DNA of 64,000 bases, taken from contig CAZEOQ010000003.1 in assembly GCA_964513995.1 (NCBI GenBank), forward strand, positions 20,009 through 84,008, given 5' to 3'. Source of the DNA: an uncultured Desulfobacterales bacterium. GTDB lineage: Bacteria; Desulfobacterota; DSM-4660; Desulfatiglandales; JALVZP01. Positions 45,896-56,076 of the stretch are shown here, in pieces. Every line of letters begins with the position of its first letter. The stretch's first letter is position 1. Below the pieces are notes generated by a model, which ran no database searches, had not been told where the DNA came from, and saw only the letters and a program-made list of their open reading frames with translations. Position numbers and translations under genes: made by a program.

Positions 45896-47725
45896 ATGTT
45901 TCTTGAAGGGAAAATAGCTGGTAAAAAGGAAGAGAGATTTATAACGAAGTGGTATGGAAGGATAAAGCTGAAATTAGAAAAAGGAGAAGAGATTATTCTT
46001 CCTTGTGCAGGAGTAATTTCTCAATGGCTTTATGATGGAGAAAAAGTAGAAGTTGAGATAGAGGATTTAAAAAATCCTAAATTTGAAAACTACAGTCTTT
46101 GGAGAACATATGAAGGAGAGAAGATAAAGGTATGGCCTCCTTTTGAGGAGATAAGGAGGATATCTATACCTGATCCAGTAAGAAGAGGTATCCTTTATTC
46201 TTATAATCTCAGGATAAGGGAGGCTGTAAGAAAGACAGATTTTGAAAACATCGTAGAACTTGAACAGTATCATTATGCATCACAAAAGGAAGTTATAGGG
46301 ATTTGGAAGTGTAGCTCTTGCAATACATACATACAGGCAAATGTAAAACCGATCTGCAAAAATTGTGGTTCTGACAGAGATGTAAATATATTTGAGATAA
46401 AAGGTTCTCTTCCTACTTCAAGATTCCTTATCTTAGAGCTTGAATCAAAGAAGAAGTATGAACCAGAGGTTATAGGATATGTAAGGGTTGATCCTCCTGT
46501 TCCAAAGATGAACAGACGTATTTCTGAAGATCAGATCATAAAGGACATAAGAGAAAAAGTATTTCCTCCTGAATGGATCTCTCCTCTTTTTCATTTTGAA
46601 AAAGACATTGAAGATGCAAGATGGAAGGCAATTTTTAAGACAGCTACAGCCATAACAAGGATAGCAAGGGTTGTCATTCATCCAGACTACAGAGCAGACG
46701 GTCTTGGAAAGATAGCTGTAAGTGCAGCAATTGATTGGATAAAAGAAAGAAGGGTTCCTGAGATGAAAAAAAAGAAGGAGCTTATAGAAGTTATAGCACA
46801 GATGGCAAGATTTAATCCTTTCTTTGAAAAAGTTGGATTTAAGTATCTTTGGGATACAGGTTCAGGAAGACCAGTCCTTTATTTTCCTATCTCTGAAAGG
46901 GCAAAAAAGATAATTGATGATTTTTTAGAAAAGGACAAACTTGCTTCAAAACATAAAGGAAAGCTTTACAGAAGCTCATATGGAAAAGTAGAACCTATAG
47001 CTGGAAGTATCGTATTTGAGAATGTATCAAAGTTCTTTGAAAACAGACTTGATCTGGAAAACATTCCAAAAAATCTTAAAGAACTTTTAGAAGACTTTGG
47101 TGTATCTGAAAGAAGGATACAGAGAAGGGTTTTAAGTAATGTGAATGTAAAGATAGAACCAAAAAGCATTGTTGCACTTATTGGGGCTTCAGGTGCAGGA
47201 AAGACGACATTTTTAAGACTTATCGTAGGAAGGGTTTTAGGTCTTGGAGATGAGAGATTTAAAGTAAATGATGGAAACATATATATTCCTGAAAATGTAA
47301 AAATAGCAGTTCTTATTCCAGGAGAATTTGAACCAGATTTTAAAAAAGAAAAGTCCATAATAGAGCATATATATGAAAAGACAGAAGATGAAAAAAAGGC
47401 AGTTGAAATTCTTAACAGATGTGGTCTTTCTGATGCAGTCCTTTACAGAGCAAGATTTTTTGAACTTTCAACAGGACAAAAAGAAAGAGTAAAGATTGCC
47501 TCACTTCTTGCAGAAAGTCCAAATCTTCTTATAATTGACGAACTGGCATCTCATCTTGATCTACTTACTGCAATGAGGGTAACGAGAAGACTTTCTTCAC
47601 TTGTAAAACAGTCAGGAATTACTATGATATTTTCAACTCATAGAGCAGAAGTCCTCAGAGCATCTTCTCCTGATAAGATCCTTTATGTAGGATATGGAAA
47701 AGTAAAGGAAGATGCTTCTTTTTAA
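45896..47725 (+). CDS. fusion protein: N-terminal domain + Zn-ribbon-interrupted GNAT acetyltransferase + C-terminal ABC-type ATPase
   Basis: CxxC-x11-CxxC (C139, C142, C154, C157). GNAT motif A RVVIHPDYRADGLGKIAVSAAIDWI. The ABC NBD has Walker A GASGAGKTT, signature LSTGQKERV, Walker B LLIIDELASHLD and H-loop STHRAE. There is no TM domain. Confidence 0.8.
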   Translation: MFLEGKIAGKKEERFITKWYGRIKLKLEKGEEIILPCAGVISQWLYDGEKVEVEIEDLKNPKFENYSLWRTYEGEKIKVWPPFEEIRRISIPDPVRRGILYSYNLRIREAVRKTDFENIVELEQYHYASQKEVIGIWKCSSCNTYIQANVKPICKNCGSDRDVNIFEIKGSLPTSRFLILELESKKKYEPEVIGYVRVDPPVPKMNRRISEDQIIKDIREKVFPPEWISPLFHFEKDIEDARWKAIFKTATAITRIARVVIHPDYRADGLGKIAVSAAIDWIKERRVPEMKKKKELIEVIAQMARFNPFFEKVGFKYLWDTGSGRPVLYFPISERAKKIIDDFLEKDKLASKHKGKLYRSSYGKVEPIAGSIVFENVSKFFENRLDLENIPKNLKELLEDFGVSERRIQRRVLSNVNVKIEPKSIVALIGASGAGKTTFLRLIVGRVLGLGDERFKVNDGNIYIPENVKIAVLIPGEFEPDFKKEKSIIEHIYEKTEDEKKAVEILNRCGLSDAVLYRARFFELSTGQKERVKIASLLAESPNLLIIDELASHLDLLTAMRVTRRLSSLVKQSGITMIFSTHRAEVLRASSPDKILYVGYGKVKEDASF

Positions 47726-48026
47726 GAAGAGATTCATAGAACCTATACTTACTGGAAAAAAATGGCAGACAAGGAGGCTGAAGAAACCAAAGCTAAAAGT
47801 AGGAGGAATATATGCTTGTAAAACGAGCAGGTTTAGCTCTGCATTTGCTTATGTCCAGATAACAAAGATAAGGAAACAGAGACTTTATGACATAACTGAT
47901 GCAGAAGTAAAGGCAGAAGGAATGGAAACAAAGGAGGAGTTTATAAAGGTCTTCAAGGAAATATATAATCTTCCATCTTCAGCAAATCCTGAAGTATGGG
48001 TAATTGAGTTTAAGCTTATCAGGTAA
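47712..48026 (+). CDS. ASCH-domain protein
   Basis: 104 aa with FKKRFIEPILTGKKWQTRR...KVGGIY...ITDAEVKAEGMETKEEF, which matches the ASCH/PUA-like pattern. It overlaps the upstream gene by 14 nt. Confidence 0.7.
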   Translation: MLLFKKRFIEPILTGKKWQTRRLKKPKLKVGGIYACKTSRFSSAFAYVQITKIRKQRLYDITDAEVKAEGMETKEEFIKVFKEIYNLPSSANPEVWVIEFKLIR

Positions 48027-49645
48027 TGAGAAAAGAAAAAGCTGTCTGGATCCTTATATTCCTCTTTGCTTCTTTCATATATTTTCCTACAGCAGTAAGA
48101 CCAATAAGAGATGCAGAGTCAAAATATGTTGAAATTCCAAGGGAATTCTTTGTAAGTGGTGATTGGCTGTCTCCTAAGCTTGATTTTGTAAATTACTACA
48201 CAAAACCTCCTTTCAGTTTTTGGATAACAGCCATAGGATATAAGATTTTTGGTATAAGTCCTTCTGTTGCAAGAAGTATAAACATAATCTGGGCTTTCCT
48301 TTGTTCTCTCCTTTTGGGTATATTTGCTGAGGAACTTTTTGGAAGATGGATTGGTCCTATAACATCTGCCATCTTTCTTCTTATATCAGAAGTATTTGCT
48401 TATTGTTTAGATGCAGGAATAGAGTTTTCTCTTATATTTTTCATCATAAGTTCAATCCTTTTCTTCTGGAAATACTGGGAAAAGGGAAAAAAGGTCTATC
48501 TTCTTTTTTTCTATTTATCCATGGGACTTGGATACATGACAAAAGGACTTCTTGGATTTTGTATCCCTTCAGCTGTCATATTCTTTTTTCTTCTTTTTAC
48601 AAAAAAACTACACAAGCTCTTTGAGATAATCTATCTTCCTGGAATAACCCTTTTTCTTGTCTTAGTTCTTCCATGGACCTTGATTATGTCCTTAAAAGAT
48701 CCTGACTTTTTCAGCTACTTCATAATAAATGAACATATCGGAAGGATTACTGGACAAAGAGACACAAAAGAAGCAATTTTCCCCACATCCTCTTTTTTAG
48801 CTCATGTTGCAGGAGAATTTTTCCCCTGGATTATGTATATCCACATAATAGCAAAAAGACTTTTTTTTGGCATAAAAGAAAAAGAAGAGAAGTTTATACT
48901 TCTTTTTGTCTGGTCAGCCATCCCCCTTTTGCTCTTTTCTATATCTAAGAACAAAGTAGACTTTTATGGACTACATGTATATCCTGGCCTGACAGTTGTC
49001 CTTTCTTATGAGATAAAAAGGCTTTTTGAAAAAAGAGAAAATCTTGGTTTATGGGCATATCCATGGATTTTCGTCTTTATCCTATCAGCTATCTCTTTTT
49101 TCATTATAGGTATTAAACCAGACCTTTTTGACATTCCTTCTGTTTCTGTTGCAAGATTCTTTCTTCTTATCTCATCTTTTTTTGGTCTCTTTATCTTCAT
49201 TTTACTTAAAAAAGGAAGACTTAAGCTTTCATCCTTCCTTATCTCTCTATATATGCTTCTTTTTTTCTTATGCACAGAAAGGATGTATATAGCAGATTTT
49301 GATAATGATTCCATGAAGTTTGCAACAGATGTTTTAAAGAAGGTAAAAAAGGATTACCCTATCTTTTGTAGTAATCTTCCTGAGTTTTCTCATGTTGCTA
49401 TAGTTAATTTCTATACAGGAAAGAAGGTTTATATACTGAGAGGAAAAGAGAATCTTCCAGGATATGAAGAAAGGAGAAGGCTTTATATTGATGATAAAGA
49501 TTTTTTGAGGATCTTAGAGGAAAAAGGGAAGGCTTTTATAATTGGAGATACAGAAGATGTAAAAGAAAGACTAAGGAGACTTGGACTCAGATATAAAATA
49601 CTCTGTTCTTCGTCTAATAGATCTCTTTTCCTTGTTCAAAAGTAG
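48026..49645 (+). CDS. ArnT/PMT-like membrane glycosyltransferase (GT39/GT83-like)
   Basis: Multi-TM protein. The first loop carries RDAESKYVEIPREF...YYTKPPFSFW, typical of lipid-linked-sugar transferases. It makes a TAATG overlap with the ASCH gene. Confidence 0.75.
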   Translation: MRKEKAVWILIFLFASFIYFPTAVRPIRDAESKYVEIPREFFVSGDWLSPKLDFVNYYTKPPFSFWITAIGYKIFGISPSVARSINIIWAFLCSLLLGIFAEELFGRWIGPITSAIFLLISEVFAYCLDAGIEFSLIFFIISSILFFWKYWEKGKKVYLLFFYLSMGLGYMTKGLLGFCIPSAVIFFFLLFTKKLHKLFEIIYLPGITLFLVLVLPWTLIMSLKDPDFFSYFIINEHIGRITGQRDTKEAIFPTSSFLAHVAGEFFPWIMYIHIIAKRLFFGIKEKEEKFILLFVWSAIPLLLFSISKNKVDFYGLHVYPGLTVVLSYEIKRLFEKRENLGLWAYPWIFVFILSAISFFIIGIKPDLFDIPSVSVARFFLLISSFFGLFIFILLKKGRLKLSSFLISLYMLLFFLCTERMYIADFDNDSMKFATDVLKKVKKDYPIFCSNLPEFSHVAIVNFYTGKKVYILRGKENLPGYEERRRLYIDDKDFLRILEEKGKAFIIGDTEDVKERLRRLGLRYKILCSSSNRSLFLVQK

Positions 49646-49652
49646 AGGCATT

Positions 49653-50867
49653 ATGGAAAAGATAGACCTGGAAGAAAAAAGCAGAAAAAGGACATATCTT
49701 ATTGTTTTTTTCCTGTTATTCTTCTTTTTTTTGATCTTCTTTCTAAAAAGAAACTCTGGCAGTTCAATTAAGTATATAACACAGAAGGTAAAGAGAGGAG
49801 ATCTCGTTATAACTGTTACGGCAACAGGAAATCTTCAGCCTTTAAATAAAGTAGAAATAGGAGTTGAGGTATCAGGAACAATTGAGAAGATCTATGTGGA
49901 CTATAATGATCATGTAAAAAAGGGTCAGATACTTGCAAGACTTGATCTTTCAAAATTTGAAGCTCAAGTTTATAGAGCAGAAGCAAGACTTAAAGCAGCA
50001 CAGGCAGAACTGAAAAAAGCAGAAGCAGAACTTCAGCTTGCAAAGATAAGGATAAGGAGGCTAAAAAGAGCTTACAGGCTTAGTCACGGAAAAGTTCCTT
50101 CAAAGGAAGAGATTGATGAAGCAGAAGCAAAACTAAAGATAGCTGAGGCAAAGGTTGAATCTGCAAAAGCAGAAATTTTTGCAGCAAAGGCAGATCTTAA
50201 ATATTACACAACAGAGCTTTCAAAGGCTATAATATATTCACCAATAGACGGGATCGTCCTTGCAAAACATGTTGAAGAAGGACAAACTGTAGCAGCAAGA
50301 TTTCAGACACCTGTCCTTTTTACACTTGCAGAAGATCTAAGGAAGATGGAGCTTCATGTAGATATAGATGAAGCAGATATTGGAAAAGTAAAAGTGGGAC
50401 AGCTTGCAGAATTTACTGTAGATGCATATCCTGAAAAGGTTTTCAGGGCAAAGGTAAAAGAGGTCAGGTTTTTTCCAAAAATAGTTGAAGGAGTTGTGAC
50501 ATATGAAGCAATTCTTGAAGTAGATAATCCGGATCTTCTTCTCAGACCAGGAATGACAGCAACTGCAAAGATAATAGTCAAACAAATAAAAGATGCTATA
50601 CTTATTCCAAACAAAGCTCTCAGATTCAGAATGCCAAGGATAAAGAAAGAGAAAAGGAAAAAAAGCTTCCTTTCAATGATAATACCTCATCCTCCATTAA
50701 GATCAGAGGTCTTTAAGGAAGAAAAAAAAGACAGGATATGGATTCTGAAGAATGGTCGTCCTGTAGAAGTATCTATAAAAACAGGAGAGACAGATGGAAT
50801 TGTGACTCAGGTCCTTTCTGATAACATAAAACCAGGAACAGAAGTCATTGTTGGAATCAAAAGATGA
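49653..50867 (+). CDS. HlyD/MacA-family periplasmic adaptor
   Basis: N-terminal TM helix, an alanine/lysine-rich coiled-coil hairpin (KAAQAELKKAEAELQLAK) and beta-barrel regions. ATG 49653 is chosen over the ORF-track TTG 49581. Confidence 0.8.
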   Translation: MEKIDLEEKSRKRTYLIVFFLLFFFFLIFFLKRNSGSSIKYITQKVKRGDLVITVTATGNLQPLNKVEIGVEVSGTIEKIYVDYNDHVKKGQILARLDLSKFEAQVYRAEARLKAAQAELKKAEAELQLAKIRIRRLKRAYRLSHGKVPSKEEIDEAEAKLKIAEAKVESAKAEIFAAKADLKYYTTELSKAIIYSPIDGIVLAKHVEEGQTVAARFQTPVLFTLAEDLRKMELHVDIDEADIGKVKVGQLAEFTVDAYPEKVFRAKVKEVRFFPKIVEGVVTYEAILEVDNPDLLLRPGMTATAKIIVKQIKDAILIPNKALRFRMPRIKKEKRKKSFLSMIIPHPPLRSEVFKEEKKDRIWILKNGRPVEVSIKTGETDGIVTQVLSDNIKPGTEVIVGIKR

Positions 50868-51541
50868 AACCTATCGTAGAGCTTATTTCAGTAAGAAAGG
50901 TCTATGGATCAGGAAAGGCAAAAGTTGAGGCTTTAAGGGGAATAAATCTGAGAGTATATCCTGGGGAATTTGTTGCTATAATGGGACCAAGTGGATCTGG
51001 AAAGTCAACTTGTTTAAATATAATTGGTTTTCTGGATAAGCCGACTTCTGGCTTTTATGTATTTAATGGAATCAGGACAGAAAGGCTTACAAAAAATCAG
51101 ATGGCACTTATAAGAAGATACTATCTTGGATTTGTATTTCAAGGATATAACCTCTTAGAAAGGACATCAGCTCTGGAAAATGTAGAACTTCCTCTTATAT
51201 ATCAGGGAGTTCCAGAAGCTGAAAGGAGAAAAAAAGCACTTTTTGCTCTTGAAAAAGTTGGACTAAAAGGTTTTGAAGATCATACACCAGCTGAACTTTC
51301 AGGAGGACAGCAGCAGAGAGTAGCTATTGCAAGGGCAATCGTAACAGATCCTATCCTTCTTCTTGCAGACGAGCCTACAGGTAATCTTGATACAAAAAGG
51401 AGTCATGAAATAATGAAGCTTCTTTCAGAGTTAAACAGAGATGGAATGACGATTATTATGGTAACACATGAAAGAAGCATGGCAGAGTATGCAAAAAGGA
51501 TAATAATATTTCAAGATGGTGTGATTGTAAGAGAAGAATGA
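50864..51541 (+). CDS. MacB/LolD-type ABC ATPase
   Basis: Walker [10 protein letters not shown], signature [14 protein letters not shown] and Walker [13 protein letters not shown]. Confidence 0.88.
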   Translation: MKPIVELISVRKVYGSGKAKVEALRGINLRVYPGEFVAIMGPSGSGKSTCLNIIGFLDKPTSGFYVFNGIRTERLTKNQMALIRRYYLGFVFQGYNLLERTSALENVELPLIYQGVPEAERRKKALFALEKVGLKGFEDHTPAELSGGQQQRVAIARAIVTDPILLLADEPTGNLDTKRSHEIMKLLSELNRDGMTIIMVTHERSMAEYAKRIIIFQDGVIVREE

Positions 51542-52746
51542 TCTGGAATGCATTTATAATTGCGATAAGGGAGATAAGAAGAAATCTTTTGAGATCAATC
51601 CTTACTTCCTTAGGAATCGTAATAGGGGTTTCTTCAGTAATAACAATGGTCAATCTTGGAAATGGAGCTACAAAGAAGGTTAAGGAAGAGATAAAAAGTC
51701 TTGGATCAAACCTTATACAGATAAGACCAGGAAAAAGACCAAGACATTTTGGAATAAGAGAACAGGCAAGACCTTTTAAGATAAAGGATGCAGAAATGAT
51801 CAAAAGACAGATCTGTGGAATAGAAGCTGTTGCACCTGTTGCAGGAAAGCAGATTCAGGCAATATATGGAAACAGAAACTGGGAGACACTGGTAATAGGA
51901 AGCACAAATGACTACATAGATGTTTCTGACTGGAAGATAAGATTTGGAAGAAGATTCTTTGAAGGAGAAATAAGATCAGGACAGGCTGTATGTATCTTAG
52001 GAAATACTGTTTATGAAAAGCTGTTTTGTGGAGAATATCCTGTAGGAAAGAGGATAAGGCTTAAGAAGATATCTTTTAAGGTAATAGGAGTTTTTGAAAA
52101 AAAAGGACAGTCAAGTTTTGGTGCTGACAGAGATGATTTTATCCTTATACCTATAAGAGCGTTTCACAGAAGGATTGCAGGAAACAATTATGTAACAAGC
52201 ATATATGTATCTATAAGAGATGGTTATTCCATAGATAGGGTAATAGAAGACATAAAGCTTCTTATGAGAGAAAGAAGACATATATCTCCTTATGAAGAAG
52301 ATGATTTTTTCATATTGGATATGAGAGAAATAGTAAAGATACTTTCAAGGACAACACGGGTCCTTACATCATTCCTTGGAGCAATTGCAGCAGTAAGTCT
52401 TATCGTAGGAGGAATAGGAATAATGAACATTATGCTTGTTTCTGTTACGGAAAGGACAAAAGAGATAGGGATAAGAATGGCTATAGGAGCTCTTCAAAGG
52501 GACATACTCCTTCAGTTCTTGGTAGAAGCAATGGTACTTTCTTCTTTTGGAGGAATAATAGGAATACTTCTTTCAATTATAGCTTCATACTGGCTCTGTA
52601 AGATCCTTCTCGTTCCATTTGTCTTTGACATAAAGATAATAATCCTTTCATTCTGCTTTTCTCTTCTTATTGGCATAATATTTGGCTTTCTTCCTGCAAA
52701 GAGAGCAGCAGATATGAATCCTATAGACGCTCTCAGATATGAATAA
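51538..52746 (+). CDS. MacB-type ABC permease (FtsX-like with periplasmic domain)
   Basis: One TM helix, a ~230 aa periplasmic domain and a C-terminal three-TM FtsX domain (ERTKEIGIRMAIGA). Confidence 0.85.
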   Translation: MIWNAFIIAIREIRRNLLRSILTSLGIVIGVSSVITMVNLGNGATKKVKEEIKSLGSNLIQIRPGKRPRHFGIREQARPFKIKDAEMIKRQICGIEAVAPVAGKQIQAIYGNRNWETLVIGSTNDYIDVSDWKIRFGRRFFEGEIRSGQAVCILGNTVYEKLFCGEYPVGKRIRLKKISFKVIGVFEKKGQSSFGADRDDFILIPIRAFHRRIAGNNYVTSIYVSIRDGYSIDRVIEDIKLLMRERRHISPYEEDDFFILDMREIVKILSRTTRVLTSFLGAIAAVSLIVGGIGIMNIMLVSVTERTKEIGIRMAIGALQRDILLQFLVEAMVLSSFGGIIGILLSIIASYWLCKILLVPFVFDIKIIILSFCFSLLIGIIFGFLPAKRAADMNPIDALRYE

Positions 52747-53521
52747 GATCTGAGAAGCTTATAAGTCTTATCTCAAGATCTTCTATTAGCCTTCTTACCT
52801 TAGAACTCGTTACAGCTTTTAGTTCTTCAAATCCTTTTGTTCCTTTTCTGTCATCAAGATGAAGATATATCTCAAAGATGCCTTTTTTTTTAGAAATTTT
52901 TTCTAAGACAAAAATAAGCCATTCTTCTGTTATCTCTCCTGTCTTATAAAGACCAATTATTCCATCTGGATAGATCAGCCCTGCAGAATCTGCTTCTTTT
53001 TTGAAGTTCTTAGAAAGAGCTGAAAATGCAATTCTATAAAAGCTGTTTCTTATGATATGCTCCTTTGGATATATATTCCATGGTTCATAAGGAAATCTTA
53101 TGCATCTTACTCCAAATCTTTTGCAATTCTCTGTTATCTCTTTCAGTATCTTTGGATGGATATGGATGTGATGGTGAGAATTTATATGTGATGGTCTAAA
53201 AAGAGATGATGCCTTTCTGAACTGAAAAGATATCTCTTTTTTTATCCACGAAAATATCTGTTTGCTAAATTGTGCAAGAAGTCCTATCTTTGCAGGAGAT
53301 ATGTTTATCCTTTTTCCTAAGGAAAGACTTTTTCCTTCTGTAACTGATACATGAATTCCTATGTCTATGTCTTTTTCCTTTGCCAAAGAAATGGCATCTT
53401 CCCACCTTTCTCCTGTTATCATAACTGATGCAGATGTAAGTATCCCTTCATCTTTTGCAATACTTACAGCCCTGTTAACAGATAAGCTCTTTCCAAAATC
53501 ATCAGCCGTAACAATAATCAT
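52733..53521 (-). CDS. YdjC/ChbG-family carbohydrate deacetylase (HpnK-like)
   Basis: N-terminal IVTADDFG motif and a His cluster HINSHHHIHIHP. It lies downstream of the HpnJ/HpnI-like genes. Confidence 0.75.
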   Translation of the reverse strand: MIIVTADDFGKSLSVNRAVSIAKDEGILTSASVMITGERWEDAISLAKEKDIDIGIHVSVTEGKSLSLGKRINISPAKIGLLAQFSKQIFSWIKKEISFQFRKASSLFRPSHINSHHHIHIHPKILKEITENCKRFGVRCIRFPYEPWNIYPKEHIIRNSFYRIAFSALSKNFKKEADSAGLIYPDGIIGLYKTGEITEEWLIFVLEKISKKKGIFEIYLHLDDRKGTKGFEELKAVTSSKVRRLIEDLEIRLISFSDLIHI

Positions 53522-54645
53522 CCTATCTCTTCCATCCTTCCATCAGAATATACCCTGTATCTTTTTCCTCTCCAGAATACCTCTTTTCCAAGAAAAGATA
53601 TGAGCCATAAAAAAAGAAAGAGGAAATCTCCAAAAGGAGTAAAAATGCAGATCTTTTTGTCTGAATCTATTGATCTTAGGACCTCAAGTCCACATATGAT
53701 TCTAAGTAGAACAGTAAAAAGAAGGAGAAAAATCTCTCCTGTAATAAGGTAAAGTATAAGTGCCCAAGGTGTTGGATGACAGAGGAATGTAAAGAAATAT
53801 CCAAAAGGATTGCAGGTTTTTACTGTCCTGTTCCATCTTAAGACCTTCAAAAATGCCTCCTTTATTCCTTTTCCTTCGGATGTAATCTTTACTATATATG
53901 GTGCAAGGATGACCTTGTATCCTTTCTGAACTATAAGTTTTGCAAGCATGTAATCATCTGCAAGATAGTCCTTTACAGAAGAAAATCCTCCTATCTTCTC
54001 AAGAACATCTCTTCTTATTGCAATAGATGCTCCAAATGCATACCTTAGACTGTATCCTGTAAAGAAAGCAGAAAAAAGAACAGCAGGAATAAAGTTTGCT
54101 TCTACATTCAGTATCTCTATAAGATCTGCAATACAATGTCTTCCTTCTATCCTGTATATTGCTGTTGTTGCTCCTGCGGAGCTATCTTCTAAGATAGGGA
54201 TTATCATCTTTTCTATATAAGACGGTTCTGCTTTTGTATCAGAATCAGAAAGTATAATGATTTCAGAAGATTGAGGGATGTGTCTTTCCATGTTCATAAG
54301 ATTTCTTACTTTTCTGTTAGAACCCTCCTTTGCTTCTCCTTCTGTAAGAATGACCTTATCTGGAAAAAGATCTTTTATTTTTTTTGCAAGCTTATATGCA
54401 GGATCATCCCTTTTTGCAACTCCAAGAAGAAGCTTGTATCCTGGATAAGGAATCCTTAAAAAACTCAGTATATTCTCAAAAAAGTCCTTATCAATTCCAC
54501 AAAGTGGCTTAAGTAAAAGGACTTTTGGAAATCTTTTTATTTTTTTTGCTTCCTTAAGCCTTTTTTTAAAAGCCCTGCTGCAAAAAGCAGAAATAAGCTG
54601 ATAGATAATGGATGCAGACCATATAATTGCTATAATCTTCAGCAT
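53518..54645 (-). CDS. membrane-associated family 2 glycosyltransferase (HpnI/ceramide-glucosyltransferase-like)
   Basis: GT-A region with ILSDSDT and DDYML motifs, flanked by TM helices. Confidence 0.7.
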   Translation of the reverse strand: MLKIIAIIWSASIIYQLISAFCSRAFKKRLKEAKKIKRFPKVLLLKPLCGIDKDFFENILSFLRIPYPGYKLLLGVAKRDDPAYKLAKKIKDLFPDKVILTEGEAKEGSNRKVRNLMNMERHIPQSSEIIILSDSDTKAEPSYIEKMIIPILEDSSAGATTAIYRIEGRHCIADLIEILNVEANFIPAVLFSAFFTGYSLRYAFGASIAIRRDVLEKIGGFSSVKDYLADDYMLAKLIVQKGYKVILAPYIVKITSEGKGIKEAFLKVLRWNRTVKTCNPFGYFFTFLCHPTPWALILYLITGEIFLLLFTVLLRIICGLEVLRSIDSDKKICIFTPFGDFLFLFLWLISFLGKEVFWRGKRYRVYSDGRMEEIG

Positions 54646-56063
54646 TTCATCTTTTTTTTCCTTTCTCTCATAAAAGAAAAGAATTCCTTTGCTTCTCTAA
54701 GCCTCCTTTTACACATATCAAGATCAGTAATCATTGTCTTTATTATCCTGAGGATTGGCTTTGGTCTGAAATAGAATCTGTTATAGAATCTCTCAACAGC
54801 TAAAAATATCTCTTCTTTTGAAAGATTTTCGTATTCAAGTGCAGGGATCTGAATACCATCAGATACGACATCTTCTGAAACAAGCCATCCATTCCTTTTT
54901 GCTTCTTCATAAAGTTCTGTTCCAGGATATGGTGTGGCAATTGATACCTGGATTGTATCAGGATCAATCTCCTTTGCAAATTCTATTGACTTTTCTATTG
55001 TCTCACGAGTTTCACCTGGAAGTCCAAGAACGAATGTTGCATGCACAGAGATTCCAAGTTTTTTACAACTTTTCATAAATCTTCTTATCTGCTCAGTTGT
55101 TATACCTTTTTTTATGTTCTTCAAGATCTCATCAGATCCAGATTCAACACCCACCATAAGAAGCCTCAGACCGTTTTCCTTCATAACAGAAAGAGTCCTT
55201 TCAGGAACATTTGCACGGGAGCTACATGACCATGTTATTCCAAGTTTTCCAAGACCTTTTGCAATCTCCTCAGCTCTTTTAAAGTCAGCAGTAAATGTAT
55301 CATCATCAAAAAAGAATTCTTTTACTTGAGGAAACATCTCCTTTGCCCTTTTCATCTCTTCTATAACAACACGAGGAGACCTTTTCCTATACCTTCTTCC
55401 TGCAATCGTCTGTGGCCAAAGACAAAATGTGCATCTTCCAGGACATCCTCTTCCTGTATAAAGTGAAAGATATGGATGGAGAAGATAGCCTATGAAGTAA
55501 TTTTCTATCTTCAGGTCTCTTTTATAGACATCAAGGACTGATGGAAGTGAGTCCATATCCTGGATAAATTCCCTTTTTGGATTTATTACGATCTCCTTTC
55601 CTCTTCTGTATGCTATTCCCTTTACATCTGAAAGTCTCATCCCTTTTGCAATGTCAAGTATCGTATAGTCAAATTCACCAATTGCAACAAAATCAACAGC
55701 CCTTGCTTCTTCTAAGGACTCCTTAGGAAGTGCTGTTACATGAGGACCTACCATTCCTATGAGGATATTTGGATAAGTGTCTTTTAGATTTTCTGCAAGA
55801 AGAGAGTCATTCCTGAATCCAGCAGTGCTTGTAAATATAACTACCATGTCAAAATCCTTTGCTATGTCTATAACCTCCTTTGCACTTATATCATGAGGAG
55901 GAGCATCTACAAGTCTGCTTCCAGGACATAGTGCTGCTGCCTGTGCAAGCCATGTAGGATACCAGAAAGATCTTATTTCTCTTCTTGCCTGATATCTGCT
56001 TCCAGCCCCTCCATCAAATCCTTTATAAGACGGGGGATTCAGAAAAAGGACTCTTTTTTCCAT
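54639..56063 (-). CDS. hpnJ: B12-binding-domain radical SAM protein, HpnJ-like
   Basis: N-terminus LFLNPPSYKGFDGGAGSRYQARREIRSFWYPTWLAQAAA matches my recollection of the HpnJ family. It has a CxxxCxxC cluster (GCPGRCTFC). ATG 56063 lies 9 nt after AAGGAG. The ORF-track TTG 56084 is rejected. Confidence 0.8.
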   Translation of the reverse strand: MEKRVLFLNPPSYKGFDGGAGSRYQARREIRSFWYPTWLAQAAALCPGSRLVDAPPHDISAKEVIDIAKDFDMVVIFTSTAGFRNDSLLAENLKDTYPNILIGMVGPHVTALPKESLEEARAVDFVAIGEFDYTILDIAKGMRLSDVKGIAYRRGKEIVINPKREFIQDMDSLPSVLDVYKRDLKIENYFIGYLLHPYLSLYTGRGCPGRCTFCLWPQTIAGRRYRKRSPRVVIEEMKRAKEMFPQVKEFFFDDDTFTADFKRAEEIAKGLGKLGITWSCSSRANVPERTLSVMKENGLRLLMVGVESGSDEILKNIKKGITTEQIRRFMKSCKKLGISVHATFVLGLPGETRETIEKSIEFAKEIDPDTIQVSIATPYPGTELYEEAKRNGWLVSEDVVSDGIQIPALEYENLSKEEIFLAVERFYNRFYFRPKPILRIIKTMITDLDMCKRRLREAKEFFSFMRERKKKMKC

Positions 56064-56076
56064 AACACCTATCTCC

